Shown here in pieces: positions 7,633 through 14,857 of a stretch of DNA of 31,872 bases. This stretch comes from Methanobacteriota archaeon. GTDB taxonomy: Archaea; Thermoplasmatota; SW-10-69-26; JACQPN01; JBQTJL01. The stretch lies in assembly GCA_052387135.1 (NCBI GenBank), contig JBQTJL010000389.1, forward strand, positions 1 through 31,872. Direction: 5' to 3'. The notes under the pieces are model-generated. The model was not told where the DNA came from. It ran no database searches and saw nothing but the letters and a program-made list of their open reading frames with translations. A program made the position numbers and the translations under genes. Each line of letters starts with the position of its first letter. Within the stretch, counting starts at the first letter, position 1.

Positions 7633-8510
7633 CTCCGCGCGACAAGCGCAAACCCCCCCGCGATCAGCGCGAACGCAGCGAACGCGCGGACCTCGATCGG
7701 GTCGCCGAGGAAGATCGCGCCCGCGACCGCGGCGACGACGGCGGCGACGTGCGAGACGAGGTTCGTGCGGATGGGCCCGACGCGCGAGAGCAGCGTGAAG
7801 TAGACGACGAAGCCCAAGCCGCTCGAGGCGAGCGCGAGGTAGAGGAGCGCCGTGAGGCCTTCGCGGGACGTGTCGCCGTGGCCCCCGCCCTCGAACGCGA
7901 ACGCGGCCGCGTGGAGGAGGACCGCCCCGGCCGCCGAATGCCACGCGATGAACGTGGCGACGTGCATCCGGTGCCCGCTCCGCTTCACGAGCACCGAACC
8001 CAGCGACCACGAAAGGATCGCGCCGACGACGGCGAGTTCGCCGACGCCTCTTGCGTCGAAGAGCGGTCCCGGCTTTCCGGCGGCAAGGACGACGATCCCT
8101 GAGAGGCCGAGCGCGAGTCCGAGGACGCCGCCCCAGCCGACCCGATCGTCGCGGAGGAGGACCCGCGAGAAGACGGTGGTCACGGTGGGGTTGAGGCCGA
8201 CGATGATCGCCGCGATCCCAGCGGTCGTGTATTGCTGGCCCCAGAAGAGCAGCGCGTGGTAGGCCGTCACGTTGAGGACCGCGGCGATGAGGATCGCGAT
8301 CCACTCCTGCTTCGCGTGCGGGACGAGGGGCGCGCGGCGCACGAGCGCCACGACAAACATCGCGAGGGCGACGAGGTCGAAGCGGAGCGCGGCAAGAAGA
8401 ATCGGGCTGAAGTGTTCGAGTCCGACCGTGATGAAGAGGAACGCCGACCCCCAGAGGACGCCGAGGCCCGAAAGGAGCCCGAGGTCCGGGGCCGAGAAGC
8501 GGGTCGCCAC
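7629..8510 (-). CDS. EamA/DMT family transporter (copy 2)
   Basis: Motifs VLWGSAFLFI, AALRF, TAGIAAIIVGLNP, LYLALASSGLGF. Start set at GTG 8510 (293 aa). Confidence 0.88.
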   Translation of the reverse strand: MATRFSAPDLGLLSGLGVLWGSAFLFITVGLEHFSPILLAALRFDLVALAMFVVALVRRAPLVPHAKQEWIAILIAAVLNVTAYHALLFWGQQYTTAGIAAIIVGLNPTVTTVFSRVLLRDDRVGWGGVLGLALGLSGIVVLAAGKPGPLFDARGVGELAVVGAILSWSLGSVLVKRSGHRMHVATFIAWHSAAGAVLLHAAAFAFEGGGHGDTSREGLTALLYLALASSGLGFVVYFTLLSRVGPIRTNLVSHVAAVVAAVAGAIFLGDPIEVRAFAAFALIAGGFALVARR

Positions 8511-8518
8511 GGCCCCGG

Positions 8519-8561
8519 ATGCCGGGTGGATTACACAATCCTTTTGTGTCGCGCCCGGCAT
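8519..8561. promoter_or_regulatory. Nested inverted repeat in the divergent EamA / PPIase intergenic region
   Basis: ACACAA-tcctt-TTGTGT (8533-8549) is enclosed by atgccggg (8519-8526) and cccggcat (8554-8561). Confidence 0.4.
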
Positions 8562-8577
8562 GGCCCACGCGACCCAC

Positions 8578-9900
8578 ATGCGACCACGCCTCGTCCTGGC
8601 GCTCCTTGTCACGCCGCTGCTTGCGGGATGCCTAGGCCTCGACGGCGGGGAGCCCGGAGACGACGGCGCCGGCTTCGACGTCTCGGCGCTCTCGACGAAG
8701 AACCCCGTCGTCGTGTTCGAGACCGGGAAGGGCCGGATCGTCGTCGAGCTCTTCGAGGAGATGACGCCGATCACGGTCGCGAACTTCCTCAATCTCTCGG
8801 CGACCGGGTTCTACGACGGCACGAGGTTCCACCGCGTCCTTCCCGGCTTCGTGATCCAAGGCGGCGACCCGAACACGAGAAGCGGCGCGCCGTCGACCTG
8901 GGGCGGCGGGAGCCCCGGCCACACGATCCCGGACGAGTTCCACGCGCGGCTCCGCCACAACCAGTCTGGCATGCTCTCGATGGCCCACGCGGGCCCGAAC
9001 ACCGGCGGAAGCCAGTTCTTCGTGACGCTCGCCCCGACGCCGAACCTCGACGACCGCCACAGCGTGTTCGGCCGCGTGATCCTCGGCATGGACGTCGTCG
9101 CCGACATCGCGGACGATCCGACGACGGACAACGGCCGCGGTGAGAAGTCGCAGCCCGTGAGCGCCGTCGCGATCGACGCGGCGAGCGTGCACCGCCACGC
9201 GCGGACACCCGCGACGGAACCGCACGGGCTCCGCCTCTACGCGCCGCGACCCGAGCACGGCGGCGGCGCCGGCCGCGCCTCCTCCTGGATCGTGGTCCTT
9301 GCGAACGACGGCGACGTCCGCGACAACGTCACGGTCACGGCGACGGCGCCCGCGGGCTGGAATGCGCGCGTCGAGGAAGGCTTCGCGGCCTTCACCGCGA
9401 ACGCGCGCCAATCCCACGCGTTCGTCGTCGAGGCGACGCCGCCCGCGGACGCGCCGCCGGGCCCCGCGACGATCACGGTCACCGCGCGAAGCACGTACGC
9501 CGGCGTCTCCGTGGCCTCGACGACGCTGACGCTCGTCGTCGGTGAGATCGGCGCATCGCAGGTCCGCCGCGGCGACAGCGTGACCGCGAACTACGTCGGC
9601 GTCGTCACCGACGGGCGCCTCTTCGACACGAGCGTCGACGGCGTCGCGCGAAACTCCAGCTACCCGAAATTCGCGGTCTCGGGCGGGTTCCAGCTCCGGG
9701 GCTCGTACCAGACGTTCCAGTTCAGTCCCGGCTCCGGCGTCATCGAGGGCTTCACCGACCTTGCCCTCGGCATGCGCGCCGGCGAGACGAAGGCCGGCCG
9801 CATACCGGCCGCGAAGGCGTACTCGTTCGGCAGCGTCTACGAGCGGCCGCTCACGGGGAAGACCCTCCTCTTCGAGCTCGAGATCACGAAGAGGGAATAG
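8578..9900 (+). CDS. Lipoprotein with cyclophilin + Ig-like (NEW3-type) + FKBP-type PPIase domains
   Basis: Lipobox LLAGC. Cyclophilin motifs YDGTRFHRVLPGFVIQGGDP, SMAHAGPNTGGSQFFV, HSVFGRV. Ig-like strands NDGDVRDNVTVTATAPAGW. FKBP motifs GDSVTANYVG-DGRLFDTS, VIEGF-LALGMRAGE, IPAAKAY, LLFELEI. Confidence 0.9.
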   Translation: MRPRLVLALLVTPLLAGCLGLDGGEPGDDGAGFDVSALSTKNPVVVFETGKGRIVVELFEEMTPITVANFLNLSATGFYDGTRFHRVLPGFVIQGGDPNTRSGAPSTWGGGSPGHTIPDEFHARLRHNQSGMLSMAHAGPNTGGSQFFVTLAPTPNLDDRHSVFGRVILGMDVVADIADDPTTDNGRGEKSQPVSAVAIDAASVHRHARTPATEPHGLRLYAPRPEHGGGAGRASSWIVVLANDGDVRDNVTVTATAPAGWNARVEEGFAAFTANARQSHAFVVEATPPADAPPGPATITVTARSTYAGVSVASTTLTLVVGEIGASQVRRGDSVTANYVGVVTDGRLFDTSVDGVARNSSYPKFAVSGGFQLRGSYQTFQFSPGSGVIEGFTDLALGMRAGETKAGRIPAAKAYSFGSVYERPLTGKTLLFELEITKRE

Positions 9901-9956
9901 CCCCGGGGAAACCGAAAGCCATTATGGGGGATTCGTTCCTTTGGGGCCGGTCCGAC

Positions 9957-10292
9957 GTGCACGGCCTCTCCTGTCCCGAGCTCCACGAGCGGGCCGCATC
10001 GGACGGGCCCCTTCTCGCCGTCTACTACGCCGACTGGTGCGGCTACTGCGAGCGGTTCGCCGGCCCCTGGAACGCGCTCTACCCGCAAGTGCGGGTGCCG
10101 GTCGTCTACCGCGACATAAGCGACGAGGAGGAAGACCCGTGCTGGGAAGACCGCTCCGCGATCCGCGTCGTTCCGACGCTCGTCCTCTGGCGCGCCGGAT
10201 CCGTCGCGGCCCGGCTCGACGGCGTCTTGGGCCGCGGCATCGACCCCGCGCGGCTCCGGGAATGGCTCGCCGGGAACGGGCTTTTGGGCTAG
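9957..10292 (+). CDS. Thioredoxin family protein
   Basis: YYADWCGYC active site and the VPT cis-Pro loop. GTG 9957 is preferred (111 aa); ATG 9924 is possible. Confidence 0.85.
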   Translation: MHGLSCPELHERAASDGPLLAVYYADWCGYCERFAGPWNALYPQVRVPVVYRDISDEEEDPCWEDRSAIRVVPTLVLWRAGSVAARLDGVLGRGIDPARLREWLAGNGLLG

Positions 10293-10298
10293 GTAGAC

Positions 10299-10306
10299 TT
10301 TTATAA
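10299..10306 (+). promoter_or_regulatory. TATA box of the tRNA-Thr gene
   Basis: TTTATAAG located 24 nt upstream of the mature tRNA 5' end. Confidence 0.7.
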
Positions 10307-10330
10307 GTGAATCACATTCGGCCGCCGAAG

Positions 10331-10403
10331 GCCGCCTTAGCTCAGCCGGTAGAGCAGCTGATTCGTAATCAGCAGGTCCAGGGTTCGAGTCCCTGAGGCG
10401 GCT
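10331..10403 (+). tRNA. tRNA-Thr (anticodon CGT)
   Basis: Acceptor stem GCCGCCT/AGGCGGC; D-arm TAGCTCAGCCGGTAGAGC; anticodon arm GCTGA-TTCGTAA-TCAGC; T-arm CAGGGTTCGAGTCCCTG. U discriminator, no encoded CCA, no intron. Confidence 0.97.
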
Positions 10404-10405
10404 CT

Positions 10406-10577
10406 CCCTCCTCGTCGGGCCTCGCTCCGTGCTCGGGCGATGGGCTTGGTCTTTTCGCCGCATGCTGCGTCGCGCGCCTCGTCCGTAGCGATGCTACGAC
10501 CTCGGCGCGCTCCTTGCCTGCGGCGAAAATCCGCGGCGCCCCTCGCCCTGCGCGCATCGCTCGGCCCTCCTCGTCGG
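10406..10577. repeat. 13-bp direct repeats enclosing a long imperfect hairpin
   Basis: CCCTCCTCGTCGG at 10406-10418 and 10565-10577. Nested stems: ttttcgccgca/tgcggcgaaaa (10452-10462/10519-10529), gcgcgcc/ggcgcgc (10472-10478/10504-10510), cgtagc/gctacg (10484-10489/10493-10498). Confidence 0.8.
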
Positions 10578-10580
10578 CGC

Positions 10581-10608
10581 TACTTACTTAGTACTTACAA
10601 AATAAGTA
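10581..10608. promoter_or_regulatory. AT-rich TACTTA repeat/palindrome, possible promoter or protein-binding site
   Basis: tacttacttagtacttacaaaataagta, containing the inverted repeat TACTTA-caaaa-TAAGTA (10592-10608); strongly AT-rich against a very GC-rich background. Confidence 0.45.
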
Positions 10609-10663
10609 TCCTCGCCCTTGCCTTTTCCCTAAACTTGCCCCCGCGCTCGCCCTAGCCCTCGCC

Positions 10664-11167
10664 CTACGAGACGGTGAGGACCCCTTCCATCCCCCGCCCC
10701 CGATGGTCGCCCACGGAGCAGTAGAACGCGTACTCTCCGGGGGCCGGCGCAGTAAACTCGACGGACGCGCTCTCGCCCTGCGCGATCGCGTCGGTCTCGG
10801 CGCCGGCGACGCCGTCGAGGACCCAGTTGTGCTGGACGAGGGCCGCCGCCGGGTCCTCGTTCGCGAACGTGAGCGTCACGAGGGCCCCCGCGGGCGCTTC
10901 GAGGGCCGCCGGATCGAAGACCGGATTCACGGGATAGATGCCGGATGTCCGGACCGCAATCGAGACGGGAGGCGGCGCCGTCCGCGCCATGCCTGGAGAG
11001 GGCGTCGTCGCGTTCCCGCTTCCGGTCGCGTTCCCGGCCGCGGTCCCGTCGTTCATGCCTGAAGCGTCCTCGCCGGTCTCGGCGGGCGCGGGTCCCTCGG
11101 AATCCCCGCCGAGGCAGCCGGACGCAAGGAGGACGGCGACGGTGACGAGGAGGACCGGGGCGCGCAT
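10664..11167 (-). CDS. Blue (type 1) copper lipoprotein, cupredoxin/halocyanin-like (copy 1)
   Basis: Lipobox LASGC, low-complexity linker, and Cu ligands H (QHNW) plus C-H-M in YCSVGDHRGRGM. Confidence 0.88.
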   Translation of the reverse strand: MRAPVLLVTVAVLLASGCLGGDSEGPAPAETGEDASGMNDGTAAGNATGSGNATTPSPGMARTAPPPVSIAVRTSGIYPVNPVFDPAALEAPAGALVTLTFANEDPAAALVQHNWVLDGVAGAETDAIAQGESASVEFTAPAPGEYAFYCSVGDHRGRGMEGVLTVS

Positions 11168-11191
11168 GGCCCCGGCACCTCTCGTCGCCGC

Positions 11192-11197
11192 CTTAAG
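11192..11197 (-). promoter_or_regulatory. Putative TATA box for cupredoxin copy 1
   Basis: Minus strand aaaggCTTAAG 24 nt upstream of the ATG at 11167, which suggests an independent promoter. Confidence 0.45.
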
Positions 11198-11200
11198 CCT

Positions 11201-11836
11201 TTACGTCGTCGCGTTGGTTTCCGTCACGCGGAACGTCCCTTCCATGCCGCGCTCGCGATGGTCGTCGACACGGCAGTAGAAGGCGTAGTCGCCCGGCGTC
11301 GCCGGCGCGTAGAACACGATCGACGTCGAGTCGCCGGGCTCGAGCTCTTCGGTCTCGGCGCCGTCGACCCCTTCGAGCACCCACGTATGGACCACGAAGG
11401 GGTACGGGTCCTGGTTCCAGAAACCGAGCGTCACGAGGGCGCCCGCCGGCGCTTCGAGATAGTCCCTGTCGTACGTGGATTCGAGCGGGAAGACGCCCGT
11501 CGCCACGATCTCGAGCGTGACGTTCTCGGTCGTCTCGTTCGCGGTCGTGTTCGGCCCTGTCCCGTTTCCGGGCGCGGTCTCGTTCCCGGTCGCGTTCCCG
11601 CTCTCGTTCCCGGTGGCGTTCCCCGCGCCCGTCTCGTTCCCCGGCGCGGTGCCGTTTCCGGGCTGCGTCTCGTTCTCCCGCATGCCCGTCTCGTTCTCCC
11701 GATCCCGGCCGTCGCTCGTCTCTCTGCCGTCGCCCGGCCCTCTCGCGATGTCGCCCTGCGTGTCGTCCTCGCCGAGACACCCCGTGAGGACGGACGCAAG
11801 GGGGAGGAGGGCGATCAGGATCGCTCTTGCGTACAT
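11201..11836 (-). CDS. Blue copper lipoprotein (copy 2) with an N-glycosylation-sequon-rich stalk
   Basis: Lipobox VLTGC. Cu ligands H (VHTW) plus C-H-M in YCRVDDHRERGM. Clear paralogue of copy 1 (LEAPAGALVTL, GAET, YAFYC). Start set at ATG 11836. Confidence 0.88.
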   Translation of the reverse strand: MYARAILIALLPLASVLTGCLGEDDTQGDIARGPGDGRETSDGRDRENETGMRENETQPGNGTAPGNETGAGNATGNESGNATGNETAPGNGTGPNTTANETTENVTLEIVATGVFPLESTYDRDYLEAPAGALVTLGFWNQDPYPFVVHTWVLEGVDGAETEELEPGDSTSIVFYAPATPGDYAFYCRVDDHRERGMEGTFRVTETNATT

Positions 11837-11907
11837 CGCCCCCGTGTCCGCGAAGGGGTGTTCAAGGTTTCTGGTGCGTTCGTGGAAGGCATCTCGACGA
11901 TTGCCGG

Positions 11908-12342
11908 CTATGCGGCCCGGATCCGCGCCGCGATCGCCGCAAGGTCCTCCTTCGAGACGGCCGGCCGGGCCGCCCGAGGCACGATCGAGTGGAGGCTCCC
12001 GCCGCCGTCGTCCGCCGTGCGCGGGATCACGTGCGCGTGGACGTGCGCGACCGCCTGTCCCGCCTCGGGGCCGTCGTTTACGCCGACGTTCGCCGCGGGG
12101 ACGCCGAGCGCGCGCTGGATCCGCGGAACGAGCGCATGGACCGCCCGGTAGAGGGCGTCGGCATCGGGGCCCGGAAGCTCGGCGAGCCGCGCCGCATGGG
12201 TCTTCGGGATCACCAGGGTGTGGCCGCGGGAGAGCGGCGCGATGTCGAGGAACGCGAGCACGCGGTCGTCCTCGTGGACCTTCACGCCGGGGATCTCGCC
12301 CGCGACGATCCGGCAAAAGACGCATTCCTTGTCCCGCTTCAT
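11908..12342 (-). CDS. hit: HIT family nucleotide hydrolase (Hint/PKCI type)
   Basis: N-terminal CVFC, GHTLVIPK, NVGVNDG-AGQ and the histidine triad HVHAHVIPR. Confidence 0.93.
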   Translation of the reverse strand: MKRDKECVFCRIVAGEIPGVKVHEDDRVLAFLDIAPLSRGHTLVIPKTHAARLAELPGPDADALYRAVHALVPRIQRALGVPAANVGVNDGPEAGQAVAHVHAHVIPRTADDGGGSLHSIVPRAARPAVSKEDLAAIAARIRAA

Positions 12343-12367
12343 GAGAAGCCGGAACGCGGTACGATTC

Positions 12368-12375
12368 TATTAATA
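12368..12375. promoter_or_regulatory. Palindromic TATA box shared by divergent hit and ttuA genes
   Basis: TATTAATA lies 25 nt from the hit ATG (12342) and 26 nt from the ttuA ATG (12402). Confidence 0.65.
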
Positions 12376-12401
12376 ATGGCGCGGACTGATGGGGGCCCCG
12401 G

Positions 12402-13328
12402 ATGAAGTGCGACCGGTGCGGCCGGGACGCCGTGACGACGCTCCGATACGCCGGGCGCCGGCTCTGTGCCGACCACTTCACGGAGCTCGCCGAGCGGCGC
12501 GCGAAAGCAGAGTTCCGCGCGCAGATGCCGAGGCTCCCCGAGGGCGCCACGATCGCGGTCGCACTCTCCGGCGGAAAGGACAGCGCGGCCGCCCTTCATC
12601 TTACGAAGCTCGTCTACGGGCCGGTGCGCTCGGCGCAGATCCTCGCGGTCACGATCGACGAAGGGATCGCCGGATACCGCGCGGACACGATCGCCGAGGC
12701 CCGCGCGCTCGCGGAGCGGCTCGACGTCGCGCACCGGGTCCTCCGGTTCGAGGACGAGTTCGGGACGACCACGGACGCGCTCGCGGCGGCCGGGCGCGAG
12801 ACCGGACGCGCCCCGTGCGCCTCCTGCGGCGTGATGCGACGCACGCTGTTGAACCGCGCGGCGCGCGAGGTCGGGGCCGCGGTCCTCGTCACCGGCCACA
12901 ACCTCGACGACCTCGCCCAGTCGATCCTCATGAACGTGGTCCGCGGCGACACCGCGCGCCTTGCCCGGCTGGGCCCGCACGAGACGCCGGTCGACGGCCT
13001 CGTGCCGCGCGTCTTCCCGCTCCGAACGACCCCGGAGCAGGAGGTCGCGCTCTACGCGTTCCTCCGAGGCCTCCCGGTCGCGCACGACGCGTGCCCCCAC
13101 GCGCGCGACGCGAGGCGGGGCCGGTTCCGCACGTTCCTCCTGGATCTCGAGGAGGACGAGCCGGGGACGCGCCACGCGATCCTCCGGGCCCACGAGCGGC
13201 TCGCGCCGGCGCTACGGGTCGACGACGCGTCGCCTCCGGCGCCGTGCCCCCGGTGCGGGGAACCCGCGACGGGCGGCGTCTGCCGCGCCTGCGCGATCCT
13301 CGACGAGCTTTCGGCGGTGGCCCGATGA
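12402..13328 (+). CDS. ttuA: tRNA 2-thiouridine synthetase, TtuA/NcsA/Ctu1 family
   Basis: N-terminal CxxC and CxxH zinc site, PP-loop SGGKDS, Fe-S ligands CASC and CPH, GHNLDD, and a C-terminal CxxC-CxxC zinc finger. Confidence 0.92.
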   Translation: MKCDRCGRDAVTTLRYAGRRLCADHFTELAERRAKAEFRAQMPRLPEGATIAVALSGGKDSAAALHLTKLVYGPVRSAQILAVTIDEGIAGYRADTIAEARALAERLDVAHRVLRFEDEFGTTTDALAAAGRETGRAPCASCGVMRRTLLNRAAREVGAAVLVTGHNLDDLAQSILMNVVRGDTARLARLGPHETPVDGLVPRVFPLRTTPEQEVALYAFLRGLPVAHDACPHARDARRGRFRTFLLDLEEDEPGTRHAILRAHERLAPALRVDDASPPAPCPRCGEPATGGVCRACAILDELSAVAR

Positions 13329-14029
13329 GCGCCCGCGCCGTGACCGCGGCCGAGATGCAGCGGCTCCACGAACTCCTTCTCGCGCAGTACCGCCTCTCCT
13401 TCGACGCGCTGGTCGAGAACGCCGCCCGCGACGTGACGATCGTGCTCCGCCGCCTCGCCGGCGGGTCCGTCGTCGGGCAGCGCATCCTCGTGCTCTCGGG
13501 CCGCGGCCGGACGGGTGCCGTCGGGATCGCGTCCGCTCGCCACATCGCGAACGCCGGCGGCGACGTCGCCGTGACCCTTCTTCCCGGACCCGGGGCGCTC
13601 GCCCCGGAGGCGTCGCGGCAGACCGACGTCGCCGAGGCCGCCGGGATCACCGTCTCCCCCGCGATCGAGACGGAGCCGCGCCCCCACCTCGTCGTCGACG
13701 CGCTGGGCGGCCCCGAGCAGGCGCTCCCGCCGCAGGACCTCGCCCGCCTCCTCATCGACGAGGCGAACGGCCTCTCGGCACCGATCCTCTCGATCGACGT
13801 GCCCGCCGGCCTCGACCCCGACGACGGCCGCGTCCACGCGCCCTGCATCCGCGCCACGTGGACGCTCGCCCTGGGCCTTCCGAAGGCCGGCACGCTCGCC
13901 CCCGGCGCCCGCGCCGCGACGGGCCACCTTCTCCTCGGCGACATCGGGATCCCGTTCCCGGCCTATGCATCGTACGGCGTGGAAAAGCCCCTCTTCTCCG
14001 AGGGGTATGTGATCGAGATCGGGCCGTGA
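13325..14029 (+). CDS. nnrE: Stand-alone YjeF_N / NAD(P)HX epimerase-like protein with a divergent active-site motif
   Basis: Motifs VTAAEMQ, LVENAA, VVDAL, SIDVPAGLD, TLALGLPK, DIGIP. ATG 13325 overlaps the ttuA stop. The canonical GNNGGD reads GRTGAV here. Confidence 0.78.
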   Translation: MSARAVTAAEMQRLHELLLAQYRLSFDALVENAARDVTIVLRRLAGGSVVGQRILVLSGRGRTGAVGIASARHIANAGGDVAVTLLPGPGALAPEASRQTDVAEAAGITVSPAIETEPRPHLVVDALGGPEQALPPQDLARLLIDEANGLSAPILSIDVPAGLDPDDGRVHAPCIRATWTLALGLPKAGTLAPGARAATGHLLLGDIGIPFPAYASYGVEKPLFSEGYVIEIGP

Positions 14030-14030
14030 C

Positions 14031-14083
14031 GAAGCGCATGCGCAAGCGCCAGCGCAAGCGCACGGGTCGCTTGCGCTTGCGCT
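14031..14083 (+). terminator. GCGCAA hexamer array (copy 3) forming a 12-bp-stem hairpin after nnrE; possible terminator or REP-like element
   Basis: agcgcaagcgca (14051-14062) pairs with tgcgcttgcgct (14072-14083) across a 9-nt loop. It starts immediately after the TGA. Confidence 0.55.
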
Positions 14084-14179
14084 CTGGACGACGATTTGTC
14101 GGCTTTTGTAGACAATACCCTACGTATCGTCGGAAAATATGGTGAAACGGTAAGGTCACCGGGCCGCCTAGGAGCCCCG

Positions 14180-14842
14180 ATGAGCGACGCGTACTTCCAG
14201 GCCGTGGCCCCAGAATGGGACGCGATGAGGGAGCGGTTCTTCTCGAAGGGCCTCCGCGAGCGCATCCTGGCGGAGGCCGGCGCCGGGCTCCGTCCGGGCG
14301 CCGTCGCGGTCGATCTCGGGGCGGGGAACGGCTTCCTCACGGAGGTGTTGCTCGAACGGGGCGCGTCCGTCGTCGCCGTCGACCGGTCCGAGGCGATGCT
14401 CGACGTCCTCGCCCGACGCTTCCCGGCCGCCGCGGTCCGTCGCGGGGACGCCGAAGCGCTTCCGATGCCGGACGGCGCGGCCGACCTTGTCGTCGCGAAC
14501 ATGCTCCTCCACCATGTCGAGCGGCCGCCCGCGGCAATCCGCGAGATGGCGCGGGTGCTCCGCCCCGGCGGCCGGGTCGTGGTCGCGGACCTCGACCGGC
14601 ACGAGCACGAATTCCTGCGGCGCGAGCACCATGACCGATGGATGGGGTTCGACCGCGCCGAGGTCGGGAGCTGGCTCGCGGAGGCGGGGTTCGCGGACGG
14701 GCGCGTCGCCGACGCCGAGGAACGCTGCTGCGCCACCTCGTGCGACGGGGGCGACCGCGCCGAGATCCGGATCTTTGTCGCTTCCGGGACGTTGGGACCG
14801 ATAAATCGTAGGCAAACAAAAGAAAATGCCTTAAATACGTAG
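14180..14842 (+). CDS. Class I SAM-dependent methyltransferase with a C-terminal CCxxxC motif
   Basis: Motifs VDLGAGNG, VAVDRSEAM, GDAEALP, ANMLLHH, RVLRPGG, HHDRWMGF, ERCCATSC. GGAG precedes ATG 14180. Confidence 0.88.
   Translation: MSDAYFQAVAPEWDAMRERFFSKGLRERILAEAGAGLRPGAVAVDLGAGNGFLTEVLLERGASVVAVDRSEAMLDVLARRFPAAAVRRGDAEALPMPDGAADLVVANMLLHHVERPPAAIREMARVLRPGGRVVVADLDRHEHEFLRREHHDRWMGFDRAEVGSWLAEAGFADGRVADAEERCCATSCDGGDRAEIRIFVASGTLGPINRRQTKENALNT
14831..14837 (+). promoter_or_regulatory. TATA box for the Lrp gene, embedded in the methyltransferase 3' end
   Basis: TTAAATA after the A-rich aaacaaaagaaaatgcc, about 20-32 nt upstream of the candidate starts at 14858/14870. Confidence 0.55.
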
Positions 14843-14857
14843 GACGCTTTGAGGACC

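Noticed and set aside
10331-10403. Integrated virus/plasmid using tRNA-Thr as att site
   Set aside because: I found no second copy of the tRNA 3' end and no integrase in the window; the 13-bp repeat starts after the tRNA.
10452-10529. SRP RNA or C/D box RNA
   Set aside because: No GNRA-capped helix 8 with the CAGG/AGCA loop, no RUGAUGA/CUGA boxes, and too short.
10369-10557. 62-aa ORF antisense to the tRNA 3' end
   Set aside because: It has a GAGGAGG-like word upstream, but it overlaps the tRNA, is Arg/Ala/Pro-rich without any motif, and coincides with a hairpin better explained at nucleic-acid level.
14119-14843. 9-bp inverted repeat (cctacgtat/atacgtagg) as ends of a mobile cassette around the methyltransferase
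   Set aside because: Too short, no target duplication or transposase, and the right copy overlaps the stop codon; retained only as a possible operator.
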